Shown: positions 56,462-64,000 of the stretch, one piece after another | How positions within the stretch are numbered: position 1 is the first letter of the stretch | Layout of the letters: every line of letters begins with the position of its first letter | NCBI GenBank assembly: GCA_964527765.1 | Contig: CAZGQR010000003.1 | Location: 75,366-139,365, forward strand | From: an uncultured Planctomycetia bacterium | GTDB taxonomy: Bacteria > Omnitrophota > Gorgyraeia > Tantalellales > Tantalellaceae | Length of the DNA: 64,000 bases | Direction: 5' to 3' | The notes under the pieces: generated by a model | Seen by the model: only the letters and a program-made list of their open reading frames with translations | What the model was told of the DNA's origin: nothing | The model's database searches: none | Position numbers and translations under genes: made by a program

Positions 56462-57790
56462 ATGGACCTGTTCGCAAAAAAGACGCATGAAGAAAAGACA
56501 GCTTCTCTCTCGGTCCGGATGTGCCCCGTGAAGCTTGCGGATTTTCTGGGGCAGGAACATATAGTCGGCGAGGGAAAGCTTCTGCGCAGGGCGATCGAGG
56601 CGGATCGGATAAGTTCCGTGATATTTTACGGCCCTCCCGGAGCGGGGAAGACCGCGCTTGCCATGGTGATATCCAAAAGAACGGGAGCGCGGTTCGTAAG
56701 AAGGAACGCCGTTTCCAGCAACGTGGCGGAGATCCGGAAGATAGTCGAGACCGCGAAAAAACAGAAAGAGCTCGACGGGCAAAGGACCATACTGCTTCTG
56801 GATGAGATACACCGGTTCAATAAAGCCCAGCAGGATGTCCTTTTGCCGGAAGTGGAAACGGGGCATATCATCCTCATAGGCACAACTACCGAGAACCCGT
56901 TTTTCACGGTCATATCCGCGCTCCTGTCACGGAGCCAGATCTTCGAATTCAAGCCTCTCAGCGAAGAGACGGTCCTCACGCTTCTGCGAAAGTCGCTGGA
57001 GGACAGGCACGGGGGCCTTGGAAACGAAAATGTCCGGGCGGATGAGAAAGCCCTGGAACACCTGGCAAGGATCTCTGACGGAGACGCGCGCAAAGCATTG
57101 AATGCCCTGGAAATAGCCGTTCTTACTACCGAACCCGGAAAAGACGGCATTATTCATGTCACGCTGAAAGAAGCGGAAGAGTCCATACAGAAAAAAGCCG
57201 TAGTGTATGATGCCGCCGGCGACGCGCACTATGACACGATAAGCGCTTACATAAAAAGCATGAGGGGTTCGGATCCCGACGCCGCGCTTTACTGGTTGGC
57301 CAAAATGATCATTGCGGGGGAGGATATCAGGTTTATCGCCAGACGCCTTGTGATATGCGCATCTGAAGATGTGGGCAACGCGGATCCCCAGGCGCTGGTA
57401 GTGGCGAATGCCGCGATGCAGGCCGCTGATTTTGTCGGTTTTCCGGAAGCAAAGATACCGCTGGCGCAGGCGACTATCTATGTTGCGTGCGCCCCGAAAA
57501 GCAACGCGTCTTACACGGCGATAGAAAAAGCCACGAGAGACCTGGAACTTGAGAGGACCCAGGAAGTGCCGGATCACCTGAAAGACGCCAGTTATCCGGG
57601 CGCCGAAAAACTCCGGCACGGCCGGGGATATAAATACGCTCATTCCTACAAGGGGCATTATGTGGAGCAGGAGCACATGCGCAAAAAGAGGAGTTACTAT
57701 ATTCCCACGGACCAGGGTTTTGAGAAAAAGATCAGGGAACGGATGGAGCGCTTGAAAAGATCCGAAGGGAAGACCGGGAACGATGAATAG
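56462..57790 (+). CDS. rarA: Replication-associated recombination protein A (MgsA/RarA AAA+ ATPase)
   Basis: Start at ATG 56462 after GAGAGGA. GPPGAGKT, LLDEIHRFNK, GDARKALN, SMRGSDPDAALYW. 442 aa, collinear with my recollection of E. coli RarA. Confidence 0.92.
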   Translation: MDLFAKKTHEEKTASLSVRMCPVKLADFLGQEHIVGEGKLLRRAIEADRISSVIFYGPPGAGKTALAMVISKRTGARFVRRNAVSSNVAEIRKIVETAKKQKELDGQRTILLLDEIHRFNKAQQDVLLPEVETGHIILIGTTTENPFFTVISALLSRSQIFEFKPLSEETVLTLLRKSLEDRHGGLGNENVRADEKALEHLARISDGDARKALNALEIAVLTTEPGKDGIIHVTLKEAEESIQKKAVVYDAAGDAHYDTISAYIKSMRGSDPDAALYWLAKMIIAGEDIRFIARRLVICASEDVGNADPQALVVANAAMQAADFVGFPEAKIPLAQATIYVACAPKSNASYTAIEKATRDLELERTQEVPDHLKDASYPGAEKLRHGRGYKYAHSYKGHYVEQEHMRKKRSYYIPTDQGFEKKIRERMERLKRSEGKTGNDE

Positions 57791-58778
57791 AAAAGCGATC
57801 GCGCTGATATCCGGGGGGCTTGACAGCCTGCTTGCGGCGAAAGTCATCATGGAACAGGGGATAGAGGTCCTTGGCGTGGCGTTCGTCATGCAGTTCGCTT
57901 CCCGGGACGTGCGCGCTTTCAGGGAACACGTGAATGAAGCTGCCGCCGATGCCGGGATCCCGACCAGGTTCGTCGATATTTCGGAAGAATTTCTGAAGAT
58001 CGTAAAAGACCCGCGGCACGGCTACGGGTCCAATCTCAATCCCTGCATCGATTGCAAGATCCTGATGCTGCGGTTCGCAAAAGATATCATGCGGGAAGAA
58101 AAGGCCGGTTTTGTCATTACCGGGGAAGTGCTGGGAGAGCGCCCCATGTCGCAGAGAAAGGACGCCCTGAACATGATCAGGAAAAGATCATCGCTTGAAG
58201 GGTACCTGCTCCGGCCGCTTTCGGCCAGACTTCTCGAAGAAACCGCTCCCGAAAAGGAAGGCGTTATCGACAGGGAAAAATTGCTTGATATAAGGGGGCG
58301 TTCGCGCGAGGCGCAGCTGGAGCTGGCGAAAAAGTATGATCTGCGCAAATTTTTTACCCCTGCCGGCGGATGCCTTCTGACGGATCCGATATTCGCCCGG
58401 AGATTGAAAGATCTCATTTCAAGGGATGACCTGAACACTGATAACGTGTCATTGCTCAAATGCGGCAGGCATTTCCGGCTGGATGACGAGACCAAGGCCG
58501 TTGTGGGGCGCGACGAAAAGGATAACAGGCGCGTGCGGGACCTTAAAAAAGGCAGCGATGTGATGATGCGGTTGAAAGGGCGCCCCGGTCCGTATGTCCT
58601 GCTCCGGGGGAACACAAGTTCCGAGAACGTGGAAAGGGCCGCATCTCTGGCGATAAGCCATTCCAAGGGCAAGAACGAGGAAAGCGCGGCTGTCGAGTTC
58701 TGGATGGCCGAGGAGAGCAGGAAAACCATAATGGTAGGGCCCATGGACGCGGGGGAAGTTGAACGATTAAGGGTATAA
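57783..58778 (+). CDS. PP-loop (SGGxDS) ATP pyrophosphatase, ThiI/MnmA-like predicted tRNA sulfurtransferase without THUMP or rhodanese domain
   Basis: ALISGGLDSLLAA PP-loop, NPCIDCK and GGCLLTD cysteines, ITGEVLGERPMSQ. 331 aa. 8-nt overlap with rarA. Confidence 0.5.
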   Translation: MNRKAIALISGGLDSLLAAKVIMEQGIEVLGVAFVMQFASRDVRAFREHVNEAAADAGIPTRFVDISEEFLKIVKDPRHGYGSNLNPCIDCKILMLRFAKDIMREEKAGFVITGEVLGERPMSQRKDALNMIRKRSSLEGYLLRPLSARLLEETAPEKEGVIDREKLLDIRGRSREAQLELAKKYDLRKFFTPAGGCLLTDPIFARRLKDLISRDDLNTDNVSLLKCGRHFRLDDETKAVVGRDEKDNRRVRDLKKGSDVMMRLKGRPGPYVLLRGNTSSENVERAASLAISHSKGKNEESAAVEFWMAEESRKTIMVGPMDAGEVERLRV

Positions 58779-58815
58779 GATCAAAAGACGAGCAGGCTGA
58801 CTTACAGGATGAAAG

Positions 58816-59226
58816 ATGAAAGAGGAAGGAATAGTAATAACGGTTGAGAACGATGCGGCTGTGGTGGAAATACCGCCGCGAAAAGAATGTACCGGATGCT
58901 GTTCATGCAGGGCTTCCGGTCCGCGCCGTATAACGATCAGCGGAGAGAAAACAGAGCCCCTTAAGCCGGGGGACCATGTGGAGATAGACATAGACACGTC
59001 ATCGATGATGCAGGTGTACCTTCTTCTGTACGGCTTTCCCCTTGCGGCTTTTCTCGGGGGGCTGCTTATCCTGCACACGGTTTTGCGTTCCCCGATCGTA
59101 AGTTTTTTAGGGGCTATTGCGGCTACCATTGTTACTTACGCGCTGGTCGGCCGCTACATAAGAAGGAATCTCCGGTTTTCGCCCGAGGTTTGCGTGAAAA
59201 GAGGCACAGACCTCGACAAGCGGTAG
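58816..59226 (+). CDS. RseC/MucC-family (SoxR-reducing system-like) small membrane protein
   Basis: N-terminal beta-domain with CTGCCSC cysteine cluster followed by two TM helices. 136 aa. Confidence 0.6.
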   Translation: MKEEGIVITVENDAAVVEIPPRKECTGCCSCRASGPRRITISGEKTEPLKPGDHVEIDIDTSSMMQVYLLLYGFPLAAFLGGLLILHTVLRSPIVSFLGAIAATIVTYALVGRYIRRNLRFSPEVCVKRGTDLDKR

Positions 59227-59278
59227 CATCTGTGTTAAAATCTACCGGCTATATGGAAATAATTCGCACGGTTTTGTT

Positions 59279-61111
59279 ATGAAGAATTACATTAGATTCA
59301 TCAAACTCATATTGCCGCATGGCGGCGTTTTTGCCATGGCGGTCCTGTGCATGATCCTGTCGTCAGCTTTCAGCGCGTCCCCGCTGGCGCTCATTATTCC
59401 TCTTGTGGACAGGGTCATATCGGGCAAGCAGATCGCGGTTCCCGCCGGGGTCGAGCTTCCGGAGATACTGGCGCGCATGGTGGATTGGGTCAACGGCCTG
59501 TCGTCCCTGCAGCTCCTTAACGTTATGACCGCGATGATAGTCGGGATCTTCCTGCTCAAGGGGCTTTTTGAATTCCTGAAGCAATATCTGATGAGCGATG
59601 TAAGCCAAAAGGTGGTCCGGGACGTAAAGAATGCGATCTACAAAAAACTCCAGGACCTTTCCATGGAGTTTTACAGTCACAATCCCACCGGGCAGCTGAT
59701 GTCGCGCATCACTTATGACGCGGACGTGATCCGCGACGCCATAAGCACCGGAGTGGCGGATTCGTTCTCCCAGCCCATTGAGCTGGTGTTCTATCTCGGC
59801 GTGCTCATCAGCCTTAAATTGTACGGCGGGATCCCCTGGAACCTGATAATCATAAGTTTCGTGATCTTTCCCCTCGTTCTTTATCCTGTCGTGAGAATAG
59901 GCAAGAGATTACGGAAGATCAGCAAGAGCTCCCAGGAGAAGATCGGTGATATCAATAACATGCTTTTTGAGACGATATCGGCCATCAAGCTCGTCAAGTC
60001 TTTCTGCATGCAGGACTATGAGTGGAAGCGGTTCAGGGAGCAAAACCTGAAATTTTACAAATTGAACATGAAGTCCGTTAAGAGGATGAAGATCGTAAGC
60101 CCCCTGACCGAGGTTATGGCTGTGGCCTGTGTCGCGGTGATATTGTGGTTAGCCGGAAAGAACATAGTCAGCGGAGAGCTCTCCGCCGGGGTATTCACCG
60201 CTTTCCTGGCAGCGGTATTTTCCATGCTGAAACCCGTGAAAAAAATAAGCGGTGTTTACGGCATTAACCAGCACGCGCTCGCTGCCGCGGAACGCATATT
60301 CCAGCTTCTGGACGAACCGGTTACCATAAAAGAGAAGCCGGATGCCGTGGAACTCAGGTCTTTTGAGAAAAACATAACCTTTGAGAACGTTTCTTTCAGG
60401 TATGACAAGGAAGAGATCCTGAATGATATAGACCTTCGGATCAATAAAGGGGAGATAGTGGCGCTTGTCGGACCTTCCGGCGGCGGCAAGAGCACCCTTG
60501 TCAACCTGATCCCCAGATTTTATGATCCCGTCCGGGGTACTGTCCGCATCGACGGAATAGAGGTAAAAGACATATCGATCAGGTCTCTCAGGGAGAAAAT
60601 AGGCCTGGTGACCCAGGAGACGCTTCTGTTCAATGATTCGGTAAAGGTCAATATCAGCTACGGGCATGAGGACATTGACCACGAGCAGCTTGTCCGCGTG
60701 GCCAAGGCGGCCAATGCCCATCGGTTCATCAGGGATTTCCCGGAAGGGTACGATACCGTGATCGGGGAAAGAGGGCTCAGGGTCTCGGGGGGACAGAGGC
60801 AGCGGATAGCCATCGCCCGGGCCGTTTATAAGAATCCGCCTATTCTGATATTTGATGAAGCGACCTCTCAGCTGGACACCGAAAGCGAAAAACTGGTACA
60901 GGAAGCGATCAACAATCTGATGAAGGGAAGGACGGTCATCGTCATCGCTCACAGGTTGAGCACGATCAAGCACGCTGACAAGATCGTGGTCATAGACAGG
61001 GGCAGGATCATAGATAAGGGGTCGCATGAAGAGCTGATCGACCGGAACCCCCTGTATAGAAGGCTTTATGAAATGCAATTCATGGATCAGAGTCCCGTAC
61101 AAAACACTTGA
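59279..61111 (+). CDS. msbA: ABC transporter permease/ATPase fusion, MsbA-like lipid/multidrug exporter
   Basis: 6-TM domain plus NBD with GPSGGGKST, LSGGQRQRIAIARA, LIFDEATSQLD. 610 aa. The substrate assignment is tentative. Confidence 0.75.
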   Translation: MKNYIRFIKLILPHGGVFAMAVLCMILSSAFSASPLALIIPLVDRVISGKQIAVPAGVELPEILARMVDWVNGLSSLQLLNVMTAMIVGIFLLKGLFEFLKQYLMSDVSQKVVRDVKNAIYKKLQDLSMEFYSHNPTGQLMSRITYDADVIRDAISTGVADSFSQPIELVFYLGVLISLKLYGGIPWNLIIISFVIFPLVLYPVVRIGKRLRKISKSSQEKIGDINNMLFETISAIKLVKSFCMQDYEWKRFREQNLKFYKLNMKSVKRMKIVSPLTEVMAVACVAVILWLAGKNIVSGELSAGVFTAFLAAVFSMLKPVKKISGVYGINQHALAAAERIFQLLDEPVTIKEKPDAVELRSFEKNITFENVSFRYDKEEILNDIDLRINKGEIVALVGPSGGGKSTLVNLIPRFYDPVRGTVRIDGIEVKDISIRSLREKIGLVTQETLLFNDSVKVNISYGHEDIDHEQLVRVAKAANAHRFIRDFPEGYDTVIGERGLRVSGGQRQRIAIARAVYKNPPILIFDEATSQLDTESEKLVQEAINNLMKGRTVIVIAHRLSTIKHADKIVVIDRGRIIDKGSHEELIDRNPLYRRLYEMQFMDQSPVQNT

Positions 61112-61135
61112 AATTAGGTGCGTTTTCTATATAAT
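61108..61135 (+). promoter_or_regulatory. Candidate promoter of rpsB-tsf-pyrH-frr
   Basis: TTGAAA-16 nt-TATAAT overlapping the msbA stop. Implies a 5' UTR of roughly 125 nt. Confidence 0.5.
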
Positions 61136-61266
61136 AGTCGTTTAGTTGTATGATGTTCGGACATTAAAACAGTTAGGCCCGCAGGGCGCAATGAGTCGCT
61201 GGTAGAGGATTTTATAATTGCGCAATATGCTCGGGATTAGCTGGGAAAGAAGGAGGAATGCAAGCG

Positions 61267-62115
61267 ATGACTTTAGACTCGACGCTTATAAGAGAATTGC
61301 TGGAAAACGGTGTGCATTTTGGGCATCAGACCAATAAGTGGAACCCAAAAATGAAACCGTACATTTTCGGCGAAAAAAGCGGTATCTATATCATTGATCT
61401 GAAAAAAACGGAGGAAGCGCTGACCGAAGCGCTTGATTTTCTCTACGGCCTGGCCGCTTCAGGCAAAACGGTGCTTTTTGTGGGGACAAAAAAACAGGCC
61501 AAGCAGATCATCAGGGAAGAGGCCCAGCGTTGCGAAATGTTCTTTGTGGATGAACGCTGGCTCGGAGGATGCCTTACTAATTTCACAACCATAAGAAAAA
61601 GCGTGGAAAGGCTTAATCACCTTCAGGAGATGAAGGCAAGCGAGATCTACGGGTCTCTTGCCAAAAAGGAAAAAGCCCACATCGACAGGGAAGAGTACAA
61701 GCTGCTCAAGAATCTCGGGGGGATACGGGACATGAAGGAGCTTCCGGATTGCCTTGTCGTTGTCGACGCGGAAGCCGAGCACATAGCTATCAGGGAAGCG
61801 TATAAGATGGGGATACCCGTCATAGCGCTCGTGGACACCAATTGTGATCCCACCATGATCGAGTACACGATCCCGGGTAACGATGACGCCATCCGGTCCA
61901 TCAAGTACATTGTTTCCAAGCTGGCGGACGCCGTAGAAAAAGGGCACAATGAATCTACGGGCAAGAAGACGGTCGAGAAAAAACGGGAAACGGAAGAGGA
62001 AAAGGCGCCGGAGGAGCCGCGGGCCGAAGTCAAAGAGAAAGAAAAGGAACCGGAAGCGGAGAGCGCCGAGGAAGAGATCATAGAAGGCGATATAAAGCTG
62101 GATGACGCGCAATGA
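61267..62115 (+). CDS. rpsB: 30S ribosomal protein S2 (with charged C-terminal tail)
   Basis: GVHFGHQTNKWNPKM, VDTNCDP. ATG 61267 lies 10 nt after GGAGG; ATG 61258 (the ORF-track start) is only 1 nt after it. Confidence 0.92.
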   Translation: MTLDSTLIRELLENGVHFGHQTNKWNPKMKPYIFGEKSGIYIIDLKKTEEALTEALDFLYGLAASGKTVLFVGTKKQAKQIIREEAQRCEMFFVDERWLGGCLTNFTTIRKSVERLNHLQEMKASEIYGSLAKKEKAHIDREEYKLLKNLGGIRDMKELPDCLVVVDAEAEHIAIREAYKMGIPVIALVDTNCDPTMIEYTIPGNDDAIRSIKYIVSKLADAVEKGHNESTGKKTVEKKRETEEEKAPEEPRAEVKEKEKEPEAESAEEEIIEGDIKLDDAQ

Positions 62116-62154
62116 TCAAGGCGTGGATCATCATTAATACAGGGGAGAGAAAGA

Positions 62155-63475
<1,321 letters not shown>

Positions 63476-63487
63476 GAGGTGGTTTTT

Positions 63488-64000
63488 ATGATTCAGACAG
63501 AAGGCGAAAGGATCGGCAAGGAAGCTGAATCTAAAATGAGAGCGGCACTGGAAGCCGTGCAGAAACAATTCTCGACGATAAGGACGGGGAGAGCGCATCC
63601 AAGTCTTGTGGAAGGCATCAAGGTGGATTATTACGGCACGAAGACCCCCCTCAAGCAACTGGCCAGTATAGCTACTCCGGAACCGCGCCTTATAGTGATA
63701 CAGCCGTGGGATAAGAATTCCGCCTCTGAGATAGAGAAAGCGATCCTTGCTTCCGATGTCGGGATAACCCCCATGAATGACGGTAAGGTCATCCGCCTAT
63801 CCATGCCTCAGCTGACGCAGGAAAGGCGCGAGGAACTGATCAAGGTCCTTCACAGGATCACCGAGGAAGGGAAAGTCTCGGTCCGTAATGCCCGCCATCA
63901 TGCTAATGAAGAATCCGTCAAGCTCGAAAAAGAGAACAAGATGACGGAAGACGACAAGTTCCAGGCCAAGGAGAGAGTCCAGAAACTGACGGATAACTAC
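63488..64000 (+). CDS. frr: Ribosome recycling factor, 3'-truncated by the window edge
   Basis: ATG 63488 after AAGAGGTGG. ...FSTIRTGRAHPSLVEGIKVDYYG..., IQPWD. Open to nt 64000, so not in the ORF track (no stop). Confidence 0.9.
   Translation, partial: MIQTEGERIGKEAESKMRAALEAVQKQFSTIRTGRAHPSLVEGIKVDYYGTKTPLKQLASIATPEPRLIVIQPWDKNSASEIEKAILASDVGITPMNDGKVIRLSMPQLTQERREELIKVLHRITEEGKVSVRNARHHANEESVKLEKENKMTEDDKFQAKERVQKLTDNY

Overview
Origin-proximal chromosomal window of a bacterium, roughly 50% GC by eye. It is probably an uncultivated lineage. Hints of a PVC/Omnitrophota-like organism are a prepilin-type H-X9-DG-like protein, a Bacteroidota/Chlamydiota-style V-type ATPase operon (E, DUF2764, A, B, D, I, K) and several domain-minimised housekeeping proteins; this placement is inference only. 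Gene orientation flips at the divergent dnaA/rpmH promoter region (24.34-24.63 kb). Every CDS from 461 to 24341 is on the minus strand: PilZ; an 8-gene operon otsA-otsB-treT-like-PEGA-GT2 synthase-GH-GT-membrane protein; pyk; tRNA-Val/Asp; glmS; tRNA-Glu; gyrA; gyrB; DUF721/DciA-like; dnaN; dnaA. Every CDS from 24628 to 64000 is on the plus strand: rpmH-rnpA-yidD-yidC-jagN; parAB; a PyrR-attenuated pyrR-B-C-(Mut7-C)-K-D-F-E operon running straight into the V-ATPase operon and rsmI; ndk; yicC-gmk-rpoZ-coaC-coaB-pilin-like; tRNA-Cys/Leu/Val; thrS-infC-rpmI-rplT; trkHA; pheST; rarA; a PP-loop ATPase; rseC-like; msbA-like; rpsB-tsf-pyrH-frr. There are six tRNAs (all with encoded CCA). I found no rRNA, CRISPR, transposase/integrase or recognisable defence genes. 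Most of the window is ordinary core genome. The best candidate for an undescribed system is the minus-strand operon at 1.0-10.7 kb. It couples two trehalose routes to a processive QxxRW GT2 synthase, whose partners are a PEGA-domain membrane protein, a secreted clan-A hydrolase and a nearby orphan PilZ, rather than any canonical Bcs/Pga/Pel/Alg components. Secondary items: two structured non-coding regions (27.2 kb, 56.2 kb), non-canonical parS-like palindromes around the parAB promoter, a Mut7-C gene inside the pyr operon, and a tRNA-Val abutting the thrS start codon. All calls come from reading the sequence and ORF translations and from family motifs recalled from memory. No database search was run.
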